Below are positions 1 through 15,801 of a DNA stretch of 64,000 nucleotides, piece by piece. The DNA comes from Macrostomum hystrix (Eukaryota > Animalia > Platyhelminthes). Numbering within the stretch: the stretch's first letter is position 1; every line of letters begins with the position of its first letter. Both the position numbers and the translations under genes were made by a program. Where the stretch lies: assembly GCA_950097015.1 (NCBI GenBank), contig CATNEN010000038.1, positions 24,118,001-24,182,000 on the forward strand, in the 5' to 3' direction. The notes beneath the pieces were generated by a model. The model was not told where the DNA came from, did not search any database, and saw only the letters and a list, made by a program, of their open reading frames with translations.

Positions 1-280
1 AGAATGACAGAATGCTGACCACAATGAAGAATACGGACACGACGGCGACTATTTTCGCAGCGGCCGACGAGTACGGCTCATCGAACAGAGCCCAGAGCTT
101 CGGCTTGACCCTTTGCCAAGGATTCAGTTCGTTGTTTAGATACCTCTCTTCTAGACCGAACTTTTTGTAGAGCTCCTCTTCGGCCAGCTTGTCCGTGTCA
201 AGGTCCAGCCGGTCAAGGATTGTTAGCGTCTCCTGGGTCTCACGGTGTGAGGTGTAGGTCATCCAGCAGCAGGGCTCCAC
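1..280 (-). CDS. Shaw: Shaw/Kv3 (KCNC) voltage-gated K+ channel, coding exon 2 (end of T1 domain, linker, start of S1); continues beyond window start
   Basis: Reverse complement reads [93 protein letters not shown], which closely matches Shaw-family sequence. AG acceptor at 282-281 (aaacccccag|GTG), phase 0, compatible with exon 1. Missed by the ORF track. Confidence 0.97.
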   Translation of the reverse strand, partial: MEPCCWMTYTSHRETQETLTILDRLDLDTDKLAEEELYKKFGLEERYLNNELNPWQRVKPKLWALFDEPYSSAAAKIVAVVSVFFIVVSILSF

Positions 281-299
281 CTGGGGGTTTGAGTTAAGC

Positions 300-3200
300 T
301 TGGGATTTAAGCTGGGATTTATATTCGGATCTGAGGAATCGGGATTTTAATTGGGATTCGAAGGATTGGGATTTTAGTTGGGATTCAAAGGATTGGGATT
401 TCAATTGGGATTCGAAAGATTGGGATTTCAGTTGGGATTCGAAGGATTGCGATTTCAGTTGGGATTCGAAAGATTGGGATTTCAGTTGGGATTTGTAAGA
501 TTGGGATTTCAATTGGGATTTGTAAGATTGGGATTTCAGTTGGGATTCGAAAGATTGGGATTTCAGTTGGGATTTGTAAGATTGGGATTTCAGTTGGGAT
601 TCGAAGGATTGCGATTTCAGTTGGGATTCGAAGGATTGGGATTTCAGTTGGGATTTGTAAGATTGGGATTTCAGTTGGGATTCGAAAGATTGGGATTTCA
701 GTTGGGATTCGAAAGATTGGGATTTCAGTTGGGATTCGAAGGATTGGGATTTCAATTGGGATTCGAAAGATTGGGATTTCAGTTGGGATTCGAAAGATTG
801 GGATTTCAGTTGGGATTTGTAAGATTTGGATTTCAGTTGGGATTCGAAAGATTGGGATTTCAGTTGGGATTCGAAAGATTGGGATTTCAGTTGGGATTCG
901 AAGGATTGGGATTTCAATTGGGATTCGAAAGATTGGGATTTCAGTTGGGATTCGAAAGATTGGGATTTCAGTTGGGATTTGTAAGATTTGGATTTCAGTT
1001 GGGATTCGAAAGATTGGGATTTCAGTTGGGATTTGTAAGATTGGGATTTCAGTTGGGATTTGCATGATTGGGATTTCAGTTGGGATTTGTAAGATTGGGA
1101 TTTCAGTTGGGATTCGAAGGATTGGGATTTCAATTGGGATTCGAAAGATTGGGATTTCAGTTGGGATTCGAAAGATTGGGATTTCAGTTGGGATTTGTAA
1201 GATTGGGATTTCAGTTGGGATTTGTAAGATTTGGATTTCAGTTGGGATTTGTAAGATTGGGATTTCAGTTGGGATTTGTAAGATTTGGATTTCAGTTGGG
1301 ATTCGAAAGATTGGGATTTCAGTTGGGATTCGAAGGATTGGGATTTCAATTGGGATTCGAAAGATTGGGATTTCAGTTGGGATTCGAAAGATTGGGATTT
1401 CAGTTGGGATTTGTAAGATTTGGATTTCAGTTGGGATTCGAAAGATTGGGATTTCAGTTGGGATTCGAAAGATTGGGATTTCAGTTGGGATTCGAAGGAT
1501 CGGGATTTCAATTGGGATTCGAAAGATTTGGATTTCAGTTGGGATTCGAAAGATTGGGATTTCAGTTGGGATTTGTAAGATTTGGATTTCAGTTGGGATT
1601 CGAAAGATTGGGATTTCAGTTGGGATTCGAAAGATTGGGATTTCAGTTGGGATTTGTAAGATTTGGATTTCAGTTGGGATTCGAAAGATTGGGATTTCAG
1701 TTGGGATTCGAAAGATTTGGATTTCAGTTGGGATTCGAAGGATTGGGATTTCAATTGGGATTCGAAAGATTGGGATTTCAGTTGGGATTCGAAAGATTGG
1801 GATTTCAGTTGGGATTTGTAAGATTTGGATTTCAGTTGGGATTCGAAAGATTGGGATTTCAGTTGGGATTCGAAAGATTGGGATTTCAGTTGGGATTTGT
1901 AAGATTTGGATTTCAGTTGGGATTCGAAAGATTGGGATTTCAGTTGGGATTTGTAAGATTCGGATTTCAGTTGGGATTCGAAAGATTGGGATTTCAGTTG
2001 GGATTTGTAAGATTGGGATTTCAGTTGGGATTTGTAAGATTGGGATTTCAGTTGGGATTTGTAAGATTGGGATTTCAGTTGGGATTCGAAGGATTGGGAT
2101 TTCAATTGGGATTCGAAAGATTGGGATTTCAGTTGGGATTCGAAAGATTGGGATTTCAGTTGGGATTTGTAAGATTGGGATTTCAGTTGGGATTTGTAAG
2201 ATTTGGATTTCAGTTGGGATTCGAAAGATTGGGATTTCAGTTGGGATTCGAAGGATTGGGATTTCAGTTGGGATTCGAAAGATTGGGATTTCAGTTGGGA
2301 TTCGAAGGATTGGGATTTCAATTGGGATTCGAAAGATTGGGATTTCAGTTGGGATTCGAAAGATTGGGATTTCAGTTGGGATTTATAAGATTTGGATTTC
2401 AGTTGGGATTCGAAAGATTGGGATTTCAGTTGGGATTCGAAAGATTGGGATTTCAGTTTGGGTTCGAAAGATTGGGATTTCAGTTTGGGTTCGAAGGATT
2501 GGGATTTCAGTTGGGATTCGAAAGATTGGGATTTCAGTTGGGATTTATAAGATTTGGATTTCAGTTGGGATTCGAAAGATTGGGATTTCAGTTGGGATTC
2601 GAAAGATTGGGATTTCAGTTTGGGTTCGAAAGATTGGGATTTCAGTTTGGGTTCGAAAGATTGGGATTTCAGTTGGGATTCGAAAGATTGGGATTTCAGT
2701 TGGGATTCGAAGGATTGGGATTTCAATTGGGATTCGAAAGATTGGGATTTCAGTTGGGATTCGAAAGATTGGGATTTCAGTTGGGATTCGAAAGATTGGG
2801 ATTTCAGTTGGGATTTGTAAGATTTGGATTTCAGTTGGGATTCGAAAGATTGGGATTTCAGTTGGGATTTGTAAGATTGGGATTTCAGTTGGGATTTGTA
2901 TGATTGGGATTTCAGTTGGGATTTGTAAGATTGGGATTTCAGTTGGGATTCGAAGGATTGGGATTTCAATTGGGATTCGAAAGATTGGGATTTCAGTTGG
3001 GATTCGAAAGATTGGGATTTCAGTTGGGATTTGTAAGATTGGGATTTCAGTTGGGATTTGTAAGATTTGGATTTCAGTTGGGATTTGTAAGATTGGGATT
3101 TCAGTTGGGATTTGTAAGATTTGGATTTCAGTTGGGATTCGAAAGATTGGGATTTCAGTTGGGATTCGAAGGATTGGGATTTCAATTGCGATTCGAAAGA

Positions 3201-5125
3201 TTGGGATTTCAGTTGGGATTCGAAAGATTGGGATTTCAGTTGGGATTTGTAAGATTTGGATTTCAGTTGGGATTCGAAAGATTGGGATTTCAGTTGGGAT
3301 TCGAAAGATTGGGATTTCAGTTGGGATTCGAAGGATTGGGATTTCAATTGGGATTCGAAAGATTGGGATTTCAGTTGGGATTCGAAAGATTGGGATTTCA
3401 GTTGGGATTTGTAAGATTTGGATTTCAGTTGGGATTCGAAAGATTGGGATTTCAGTTGGGATTCGAAAGATTGGGATTTCAGTTGGGATTTGTAAGATTT
3501 AAATTTCAGTTGGGATTCGAAAGATTGGGATTTCAGTTGGGATTCGAAAGATTTGGATTTCAGTTGGGATTCGAAGGATTGGGATTTCAATTGGGATTCG
3601 AAAGATTGGGATTTCAGTTGGGATTCGAAAGATTGGGATTTCAGTTGGGATTTGTAAGATTTGGATTTCAGTTGGGATTCGAAAGATTGGGATTTCAGTT
3701 GGGATTCGAAAGATTGGGATTTCAGTTGGGATTTGTAAGATTTGGATTTCAGTTGGGATTTGTAAGATTGGGATTTCAGTTGGGATTTGTAAGATTGGGA
3801 TTTCAGTTGGGATTCGAAGGATTGGGATTTCAATTGGGATTCGAAAGATTGGGATTTCAGTTGGGATTCGAAAGATTGGGATTTCAGTTGGGATTTGTAA
3901 GATTTGGATTTCAGTTGGGATTCGAAAGATTGGGATTTCAGTTGGGATTCGAAAGATTGGGATTTCAGTTGGGATTTGTAAGATTGGGATTTCAGTTGGG
4001 ATTTGTAAGATTTGGATTTCAGTTGGGATTCGAAAGATTGGGATTTCAGTTGGGATTCGAAGGATTGGGATTTCAGTTGGGATTCGAAAGATTGGGATTT
4101 CAGTTGGGATTCGAAGGATTGGGATTTCAATTGGGATTCGAAAGATTGGGATTTCAGTTGGGATTCGAAAGATTGGGATTTCAGTTGGGATTTATAAGAT
4201 TTGGATTTCAGTTGGGATTCGAAAGATTGGGATTTCAGTTGGGATTCGAAAGATTGGGATTTCAGTTTGGGTTCGAAAGATTGGGATTTCAGTTTGGGTT
4301 CGAAAGATTGGGATTTCAGTTGGGATTCGAAAGATTGGGATTTCAGTTTGGGTTCGAAAGATTGGGATTTCAGTTGGGATTCGAAAGATTGGGATTTCAG
4401 TTGGGATTCGAAGGATTGGGATTTCAATTGGGATTCGAAAGATTGGGATTTCAGTTGGGATTCGAAAGATTGGGATTTCAGTTGGGATTTATAAGATTTG
4501 GATTTCAGTTGGGATTCGAAAGATTGGGATTTCAGTTGGGATTCGAAAGATTGGGATTTCAGTTTGGGTTCGAAAGATTGGGATTTCAGTTTGGGTTCGA
4601 AAGATTGGGATTTCAGTTTGGGTTCGAAAGATTGGGATTTCATTTTGGGTTCGAAAGATTGGGATTTCAGTTGGGATTCGAAAGATTGGGATTTCAGTTT
4701 GGGTTCGAAAGATTGGGATTTCAGTTGGGATTCGAAAGATTGGGATTTCAGTTGGGATTCGAAGGATTGGGATTTCAATTGGGATTCGAAAGATTGGGAT
4801 TTCAGTTGGGATTCGAAAGATTGGGATTTCAGTTGGGATTCGAAAGATTGGGATTTCAGTTTGGGTTCGAAAGATTGGGATTTCAGTTGGGATTCGAAAG
4901 ATTGGGATTTCAGTTTGGGTTCGAAAGATTGGGATTTCAGTTTGGGTTCGAAAGATTGGGATTTCATTTTGGGTTCGAAAGATTGGGATTTCAGTTGGGA
5001 TTCGAAAGATTGGGATTTCAGTTGGGATTTGTAAGATTGGGATTTCAGTTGGTATATTTATGATTGGGATTTCAGTTGGGATTTTATTGATTGGGATTTG
5101 AGGAATCGGGACTTCAGTTGGGATT
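300..5125. repeat. 27-bp minisatellite GATTGGGATTTCAGTTGGGATTCGAAA, ~178 units, Shaw intron
   Basis: Direct inspection; variant units (TTTGTAA, CGAAGG, TTTGGGTTCG); ends ~18 bp from the Shaw acceptor. Confidence 0.98.
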
Positions 5126-5478
5126 TGAGTGGTTAGGAATATAGTTTCTAAATGAATCATGAGAGTTTTATTTCGGAAGTATTTATTAGATTTCTCTAAA
5201 AGATTAAAATCTTTCTGATTAACCAAATAAATTGCGCATTGGTGGCATGATATTGCAGAAAAAATCCCTTTTTACATGCACTTAAAGTCAAATGAGATTA
5301 TATTTTTAGGCAAAAAAGTGTAGTGTAACAGTTTCACACACTGAGCAGCCTAACCTTTGTTTGCATTGAATAAACAATGAAACCCCTTATAGTGCATCGT
5401 ACCCCTGGCCACACTCCGTTAAAAATTTCAATTAATTGTCCCCTTGTTGTGTGTCTGAGTTTAGTTTATACATGTACG

Positions 5479-8415
5479 AGTATGTAGTATGCAGTATGTA
5501 GTATGCAGTATGTAGTATGTAGTATGTAGTATGTAGTATGTAGTATGTAGTATGCAGTATGTAGTATGTAGTATGCAGTATGTAGTATGCAGTATGTAGT
5601 ATGTAGTATGTAGTATGTAGTATGTAGTATGTAGTATGTAGTATGTAGTATGCAGTATGTAGTATGTAGTATGCAGTATGTAGTATGCAGTATGTAGTAT
5701 GTAGTATGTAGTATGTAGTATGTAGTATGTAGTATGTAGTATGTAGTATGTAGTATGTAGTATGTAGTATGCAGTATGTAGTATGTAGTATGTAGTATGC
5801 AGTATGCAGTATGTAGTATGTAGTATGTAGTATGTAGTATGTAGTATGTAGTATGTAGTATGTAGTATGTAGTATGTAGTATGTAGTATGCAGTATGTAG
5901 TATGTAGTATGTAGTATGCAGTATGCAGTATGTAGTATGTAGTATGTAGTATGCAGTATGTAGTATGTAGTATGTAGTATGCAGTATGTAGTATGTAGTA
6001 TGCAGTATGTAGTATGTAGTATGTAGTATGTAGTATGTAGTATGTAGTATGTAGTATGTAGTATGCAGTATGTAGTATGTAGTATGTAGTATGTAGTATG
6101 TAGTATGTAGTATGTAGTATGCAGTATGTAGTATGTAGTATGTAGTATGCAGTATGTAGTATGTAGTATGTAGTATGCAGTATGTAGTATGTAGTATGTA
6201 GTATGCAGTATGTAGTATGTAGTATGTAGTATGTAGTATGTAGTATGTAGTATGTAGTATGTAGTATGTAGTATGTAGTATGTAGTATGCAGTATGTAGT
6301 ATGCAGTATGTAGTATGTAGTATGTAGTATGCAGTATGTAGTATGTAGTATGTAGTATGTAGTATGTAGTATGTAGTATGTAGTATGCAGTATGTAGTAT
6401 GTAGTATGTAGTATGCAGTATGTAGTATGTAGTATGTAGTATGCAGTATGTAGTATGTAGTATGTAGTATGCAGTATGTAGTATGTAGTATGTAGTATGT
6501 AGTATGTAGTATGTAGTATGTAGTATGTAGTATGTAGTATGTAGTATGTAGTATGCAGTATGTAGTATGCAGTATGTAGTATGTAGTATGCAGTATGTAG
6601 TATGTAGTATGTAGTATGCAGTATGTAGTATGTAGTATGCAGTATGTAGTATGTAGTATGTAGTATGTAGTATGTAGTATGTAGTATGTAGTATGTAGTA
6701 TGTAGTATGTAGTATGTAGTATGTAGTATGCAGTATGTAGTATGCAGTATGTAGTATGTAGTATGCAGTATGTAGTATGTAGTATGTAGTATGCAGTATG
6801 TAGTATGTAGTATGCAGTATGTAGTATGTAGTATGTAGTATGCAGTATGTAGTATGTAGTATGCAGTATGTAGTATGTAGTATGCAGTATGTAGTATGTA
6901 GTATGTAGTATGCAGTATGTAGTATGTAGTATGTAGTATGCAGTATGTAGTATGCAGTATGTAGTATGTAGTATGCAGTATGTAGTATGTAGTATGTAGT
7001 ATGCAGTATGTAGTATGTAGTATGCAGTATGTAGTATGTAGTATGCAGTATGTAGTATGTAGTATGTAGTATGTAGTATGTAGTATGTAGTATGTAGTAT
7101 GTAGTATGTAGTATGTAGTATGTAGTATGTAGTATGTAGTATGTAGTATGTAGTATGCAGTATGTAGTATGCAGAATGTAGTATGTAGTATGCAGTATGT
7201 AGTATGCAGTATGTAGTATGCAGTATGTAGTATGTAGTATGTAGTATGTAGTATGTAGTATGTAGTATGTAGTATGTAGTATGTAGTGTGTAGTATGCAG
7301 TATGTAGTATGCAGTATGTAGTATGTAGTATGCAGTATGTAGTATGCAGTATGTAGTATGTAGTATGCAGTATGCAGTATGTAGTATGTAGTATGCAGTA
7401 TGTAGTATGTAGTATGCAGTATGTAGTATGTAGTATGCAGTATGTAGTATGTAGTATGTAGTATGTAGTATGCAGTATGTAGTATGTAGTATGTAGTATG
7501 TAGTATGTAGTATGTAGTATGTAGTATGTAGTATGCAGTATGTAGTATGCAGTATGTAGTATGTAGTATGCAGTATGTAGTATGTAGTATGTAGTATGCA
7601 GTATGTAGTATGTAGTATGCAGTATGTAGTATGTAGTATGCAGTATGTAGTATGTAGTATGTAGTATGTAGTATGCAGTATGTAGTATGCAGTATGTAGT
7701 ATGTAGTATGCAGTATGTAGTATGTAGTATGTAGTATGTAGTATGCAGTATGCAGTATGTAGTATGTAGTATGCAGTATGCAGTATGTAGTATGTAGTAT
7801 GTAGTATGTAGTATGTAGTATGTAGTATGTAGTATGCAGTATGTAGTATGTAGTATGCAGTATGTAGTATGTAGTATGCAGTATGTAGTATGCAGTATGT
7901 AGTATGTAGTATGTAGTATGCAGTATGTAGTATGCAGTATGTAGTATGTAGTATGTAGTATGTAGTATGTAGTATGTAGTATGCAGTATGTAGTATGTAG
8001 TATGTAGTATGTAGTATGCAGTATGTAGTATGTAGTATGCAGTATGTAGTATGTAGTATGTAGTATGCAGTATGTAGTATGTAGTATGTAGTATGTAGTA
8101 TGTAGTATGTAGTATGTAGTATGTAGTATGCAGTATGTAGTATGTAGTATGTAGTATGTAGTATGCAGTATGTAGTATGTAGTATGCAGTATGTAGTATG
8201 TAGTATGTAGTATGCAGTATGTAGTATGTAGTATGTAGTATGCAGTATGTAGTATGTAGTATGTAGTATGTAGTATGTAGTATGTAGTATGTAGTATGCA
8301 GTATGTAGTATGTAGTATGTAGTATGTAGTATGCAGTATGTAGTATGTAGTATGCAGTATGTAGTATGTAGTATGTAGTATGCAGTATGTAGTATGTAGT
8401 ATGTAGTATGTAGTA
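5479..8415. repeat. 7-bp satellite (GTATGTA/GTATGCA)n, ~420 units
   Basis: Two-state heptamer array seen directly. Confidence 0.98.
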
Positions 8416-8867
8416 TTAGAACGATACACTTGAGAAGATTTTCGAAATAAGCAAATGGATCTGTGTGTGCGGAGGGGGCAGGGAGAGAGGAGTTGGCAGA
8501 GACAGGATGGTTTGTGAGGTTAGCAACTAAAATTGGGAAATTGCAACCTCTAGTTTGAGTCCTGTGCCAGTCCCTATACTCTGATGTTCTCAGCCTCTGC
8601 CGCTGCTGCCGCTGCTGCTGCTGTTGCTTAGAATAAATTATTCACACAATTCAGTCCGACCCTGCTTCGCTACCTCTGTCACTAACTAGGCTGGGCTGCC
8701 AGTCTGTCTGACTGTCTCCAGCTGCATCTGTTTGCTATCTTCTTTTAGACTCCATTGAGAATGAGAACACAGGGGGTGGAGAGAGAAATATCTAACTGGA
8801 AGTTAAAAAATCTAGGAAGAGCTCGCGGAATAGTGTGTGATGGTTAGTTTGAAAGAAAGATTTAAAC

Positions 8868-9384
8868 AAGAATAGAATAGAATCGAGTAAAATATAGTAG
8901 AATATAATGGAATAGAATGGAATAGAATATAATAGAATAGAATAGAATAGAATAGAATGGAATAGAATAGAATAGAATAGAATAGAATAGAATGGAATAG
9001 AATAGAATAGAATAGAATAGAATAGAAAAGAATAGAATAGAATAGAATGGAATAGAATAGAATGGAATAGAATAGAATGGAATAGAATAGAATGGAATAG
9101 AATAGAATAGAATAGAAAAGAATAGAATAGAATAGAATAGAATGAAATGGAATAGAATAGAATAGAATGGAATAGAATAGAATAGAATAGAATAGAATAG
9201 AATAGAAAAGAATAGAATAGAATAGAATGGAATAGAATAGAATGGAATAGAATAGAATAGAATAGAAAAGAATAGAATAGAATAGAATAGAATGAAATGG
9301 AATAGAATAGAATGGAATATAATAGACTATAATATAACAGAATATACTAGAATGGAATAGAATGGAATAGAATAGAATAGAATA
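8868..9384. repeat. (GAATA)n pentamer microsatellite with GAATG variants
   Basis: Seen directly. Confidence 0.97.
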
Positions 9385-9839
9385 TAATCCATCAAATGTT
9401 TTCATACAATTTAGTGAGGACTAACTAAACTGCAACTGACTCTGTTTTCCGTCTTTCGTATCTGAAAATCGAAAATTTGACAAAAGACAAAAATCCGTGA
9501 CTTTCAGCGGCTTTTTTGGCACCCACTACGCGGGTCGAAATGGAGACGGGATCGATCTGTGAGTTAATAATGAATGCGTTGTTGCTGGCTTCCATGGCTC
9601 GTGTTTCAATCCTAGAAAGCATTGACAGAATCCATTGGGATTAGTCATATTATTGGGGATTTTCGCGAACGGATTCTGTATCGGATTATTGAATAAAAGG
9701 TGTGACGTGTGCTCATACCTCTAGAAATCTGTCACATCTTTTTCAGATGCTTTTTAGAATCCCGCAGGAAAATAAAATATGAGAACGACGGATTTAGTCC
9801 AATAAACCGCGACAATGCTAACCAAAGCGGATAAGAGAA

Positions 9840-10381
9840 TGACTGAGGGGATCTGAGAATAGCTGAGGGGATCTGAGAATTACTGAGGGATCTGAGAACA
9901 ACTGAGGGGATGAGAGAATAACTGAGGGGATGGGAGAATAACTGAGGGGATCTGAGAATTACTGAGGGGATGAGAGAATAACTGAGGGGATTTGAGAATA
10001 ACTGAGGGGATGGGAGAATAACTGAGGGGATCTGAGAATAACTGAGGGGATGAGAGAATAACTGAGGGGATGGGAGAATAACTGAGGGGATCTGAGAATT
10101 ACTGAGGGGATGAGAGAATAACTGAGGGGATTTGAGAATAACTGAGGGGATGGGAGAATAACTGAGGGGATCTGAGAATAACTGAGGGGATGAGAGAATG
10201 ACTGAGGAGATCAGAGAATAACTGAGGGGATGAGAGAATGACTGAGGGGATCAGAGAATAACTGAGGGGATTTGACAATACGAGCGTAGCTGAGGGGATC
10301 AGAAAATGACTGAGGGGATCAGAGAATTACTGAGGGATTCGACAATAGCTGAGGGGATCAGAGAATGACTGAGGGGATTTG
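9840..10381. repeat. 20-bp minisatellite ACTGAGGGGATCTGAGAATA, ~27 units
   Basis: Seen directly. Confidence 0.95.
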
Positions 10382-11184
10382 AAGTCTCTTCTATTCGTGA
10401 TGAATTTCAGCCACATGAGACCAGTTAAACTTCCAGCAATAAGGTCATATTCTACTCAGTATGAATGTGCCTGTATTTAGAGCAGATTTGAGTATACTGG
10501 CGAATGGGGGTCTTTCTGCAGCTCATAAGTGAAGTCAATTTGTTCTGGCACATTAATTAATTCTTTGATTGAGCGAAATTTTACAGAATAAGAGAAGACT
10601 AAAGCGCACGGCAAGCTATTCGCCAAATTTCTGCTTGTGAAATCGATTTTTTAACTTGCTTATAAAAAGGTCTGAGTGATAAATGAAATCTGCTGTTTGG
10701 GAATTGAAAAGGATTGCAAAGATTAAATGAGACTAAGTGGAAATGAGGAAAGTGCGTTTGAGCAGCCTCTATTTGCCGAGTGGTGCGCCACTGCTCACAA
10801 TTCATCCCCTCAAATCCCATTTAATCTCTTTTGTTGCTATCGTATAGCTCTCGGTTGCCAATGACAACAGTCTAGAAGGCGCGCGACCGAGCAGATGCTC
10901 AAGGCGGAGAAGTGGGTGGTCTTGCCTTTTTGTAGTGTGCTCAAATCCGGACCGGGGACACTGTGGGGATATGGGAAGCTCTCTTCCTTTCTTCCTTCCT
11001 GCCTTTCACGCTGCTCGGTAGAATTACACTTGCCGCCGTGTACTTTTGCTAGCGGGCCCACTCGTTCCAGTCCCTTCTTTGTAGGCCTCGTCTAACGAGC
11101 TTCGAATTTAAACTGCTCATTTTGAAAAAACTGAAACTTTGGAGATCTGTCTCCATTCAAGTCTGATCAGCTTTGGGACATGGG

Positions 11185-11997
11185 CTTGAGGATTTGGTTT
11201 TAGGATTTTAAATTTTAGAATCTGGGTTTTGAGTTCTGGGATTTAGGAGCTGATTTTGAGGATTTGCGATTGGGGATCTTGAGGATCTGGATCTGGGTTT
11301 GAAAATCTGGTTTTGATGATCAGGTTTTGGGATCTGATTTTGAGGATGTGCATTTCTGGATCTTGTTTTGAGCATCTGTGTTTGAGAATCTCGTTTTGAG
11401 GATTTGCGTTTCGGGATCTTCATTTGAGGATTTGGGTTTTGGGATCAGGGTGCTAGGACCGGGGTTTTGGGATCTGGTTTTGAGAATCAATGTTTTGGGA
11501 TCCGGTTTTAAGGATCTGCTTATGAGGATCTAGTTTTGTGAATCTGGTTTTGAGGATCTGGTTTTGTTGTCTGGTTTTGAGGATCTGGTTTTGAGGATCT
11601 AGTTTTGTGAATCTGGTTATGAGGATCTGGTTTTGGGATCTTGTTTTGTGGATCTGGTTTTGAGGATCTTGTTTTGTGGATCTGGGTTTGAGGATATTGT
11701 TTTGAGGATATTGTTTTGTGGATCTGGTTTTGGGATCTTGTTTTGTGGATCTGGGTTTGAGGATATTGTTTTGAGGATATTGTTTTGAGGATCTGGTTTT
11801 GAGGATATTGTTTTGAGGATCTGGTTTTGGGATCTTGGTTTTGAGGATCTGGGTTTGAGGATCTGGTTTTGAGGATATTGTTTTGAGGATCTGGGTTTGA
11901 GGATATTGTTTTGAGGATCTGGTTTTGGGATCTTGTTTTGTGGATCTGGGTTTGAGGATCTGGTTTTGAGGATCCATGGTGTTGAGGATCTGGGTTT
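11185..11997. repeat. Degenerate 14-bp minisatellite GAGGATCTGGTTTT
   Basis: Seen directly. Confidence 0.9.
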
Positions 11998-12489
11998 TTA
12001 GCTGTGGGTTAAGGACTAGTTTATTTTATCAGGACGGATGCACACTGCAGTATGTTTTAACGACCCTATTTAAGTTTTCTTTGCGTTTACTGCACCTGAA
12101 AAAAATACGAGTAATTAAATTGCTAACACGAGTAATTGCTTTACTTCACTCGCCCTGCAAAAAGCCAAGGCTATTGTAAAAGTCTGTTTTCACTGGTGAT
12201 TAAACTGGCTTATTTCTAGCATCGTCATTGCTGTTTCTGGAAAACAACTTAAAGCTTGGTTTCAACAATGGACTAGTTCAATCAACCAATCAATCAATCA
12301 ATCAGACAGTAAGTCAGTTAGCTAGTTAGTTAGTCAACCAACGCGACAAAGAAAGAAAATATGGTCTAGCTTTGTGCCAAAATAAGCGGTCACGACGTCA
12401 GCCTGATACTTTCTGTATCTACTGAAGAAAATGCTGACGGGATTACTGAATCGGGGCGCGCTGAATGATGAAGGCTTGAATACAAGTTA

Positions 12490-12955
12490 GAGAGGAGACG
12501 GGAGAGAGGAGAGAGGGGAGAGAGGGGAGATGGGAGAGAGGGGAGACTGGAGAGAGGAGACGGGAGAGAGGAGAGAGGGGAGAGAGGGGAGATGGGAGAG
12601 AGGGGAGACGGGAGAGAGGAGAGACGGGAGAGAGGGGAGACAGGAGAGAGGAGACGGGAGAGAGGGGAGATGGGAGATAGGAGAGACGGGAGAGAGGGGA
12701 GATAGGAGAGAGGAGACGGGAGAGAGGAGAGAGGGGTGACGGGAGAGAGGGGAGACTGGAGAGAGGAGACGGGAGAGAGGAGAGAGGGGAGAGAGGGGAG
12801 ATGGGAGAGAGGGGAGACGGGAGAGAGGAGAGACGGGAGAGAGGGGAGACGGGAGAGAGGAGACGGGAGAGTGGGGAGATGGGAGAGAGGGAGATGGGAG
12901 AGAGGAGACGGGAGAGAGGAGAGACGGGAGAGAGGAGAGACGATAGAAAAGAGAT
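12490..12955. repeat. Purine-rich minisatellite (GGAGACGGGAGAGA-type)
   Basis: Seen directly. Confidence 0.9.
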
Positions 12956-13939
12956 TGGAGATAGAGTAGAACATGCTTTTTCTATCTTCCATCGTGTTCT
13001 TAGTCCTGACTAAGTGCAGCCTTGGGAACAAGCAATGGCGATTTAAAGAATATTGCTTGCTTCCTTGCAGTCGCACCGTTGTTGGCATTATTTATGACTA
13101 AAAGGGCCGACAAGAGAAACACAGATTCGCTCACAAAGAGACAGTTATAAAGAAGGAGACAAAGAACAGTTGGAGATTAAAGGAATTTCATGTCAATGAG
13201 TAAAGCTTAGAGAGCTTTGTACAGCAATTTCTAGCTTTAAAGGTAAGAAATAGACAGGCGGTAAGACAGACATACTGTCCCCGATTCGTCACAATTCTTC
13301 TTCTAGTAGAAACTCAGGTGAACTAAGCGGAAGTGACGGGAAGAGAATGAAGTCCCAACCAGCTTAGCCCGTTCCTGACCCTCTCAAGCCGAGCAGACCC
13401 TCTTAGGTGAGTTGAGGAAACTGATGGGAAGGAGGAAAAGGATGAGTGAAGATTCTCTTCTTACCTATATCCTTAATTCTCCCTTATTTTAAGTTGAAAT
13501 AACTCACTTTCTCTCTCTCTCTTGCTTTTAACCTCGAGTTTCGCTGTCTCTAATACCGCCAGCCAAATTAAATTCCCAAATGGGAATTACGGTTCGTTCG
13601 GGTCCCGTCTCCCTAGCAACAGCCCATGCAGCATTTGTCCTTACTTACAGATTGCCAATTATTCTATCGTCTCTAGCTCAAAATCTTCCAATTTTTGTTA
13701 GATTTCCATTTTTTTTCTCTCTCTCTCGATTTCTCTTACCCGTCTTTCATATCTGCATCCACCAATAATCCATTCCACTTTGCGTGCAAGCCCTCGCACC
13801 AGTCTCGATCTATGAAAAATCCGCAGTCAATTTTTACTGTTATGCCATTTTGTTCTCGCCCCGTGCAGCATCTTTTTTGGACAAATAAATTATAAATCCT
13901 ATCCCGCTGGCTATGGCTCGATTTCTATAGAAGACGAAA

Positions 13940-13941
<2 letters not shown>

Positions 13942-13980
<39 letters not shown>
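13942..13980. repeat. (GA)n microsatellite
   Basis: Seen directly. Confidence 0.95.
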
Positions 13981-13984
<4 letters not shown>

Positions 13985-14105
13985 AAGACACTTAATAGCC
14001 AGCTGTTGCTTGAAGCTCATTTCCGCTACAATCCTAGCTAGACTATATCTGAGGAGTGCAAATAGACCTATAATAAATTATTTGCGTTTAATTATTCTTG
14101 GGCTG

Positions 14106-15372
<1,267 letters not shown>

Positions 15373-15801
15373 CTAAAAGTCCTAATTTCTGGACGTCAGG
15401 GCCGAAAGTACTCTCGCAGAAGCAACTGATAGTCCGATGTTTATTGTCTTGGACAACTTGGATACCATTTTTCACTAAATTCGCTGCTTCCCTGCACTTT
15501 AAGTGGTCTTCACTATGAGAAGTATTGTGTAGCTTGAACATTCGCATTCGATAAAATTTGATGGCCAATATGGTAGAAACATTTTTTTAATTCCCAAAGT
15601 GAGCCTCGTATTGATTTTGGAACGATTTTAAACCTACGAGTTTAATTTAAACTGTTTTAATTACAATAAACAATGTCTTTGATTGCTGTCAAATGGGAAT
15701 TATCTAAATCAAAGCGCTAAAAAATTTTTGGGCTAAAATATTTGACTTCACGCATATGATTCGACACGAGCGAATTTCGCAGAATTCACAGAATTCCCAG
15801 A

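Noticed and set aside
294-4967. 1557-aa (LKSQSFESQ)n ORF and overlapping long ORFs
   Set aside because: A 27-bp array open in several frames on both strands; lies inside the Shaw intron and is out of frame with exon 2.
300-5125. Interstitial telomeric repeat (TTGGGA resembles TTAGGG)
   Set aside because: The hexamer is embedded in a 27-bp unit; there are no tandem TTAGGG runs.
5466-8429. 987-aa (ILHTTYY)n ORF
   Set aside because: Artefact of the heptamer satellite.
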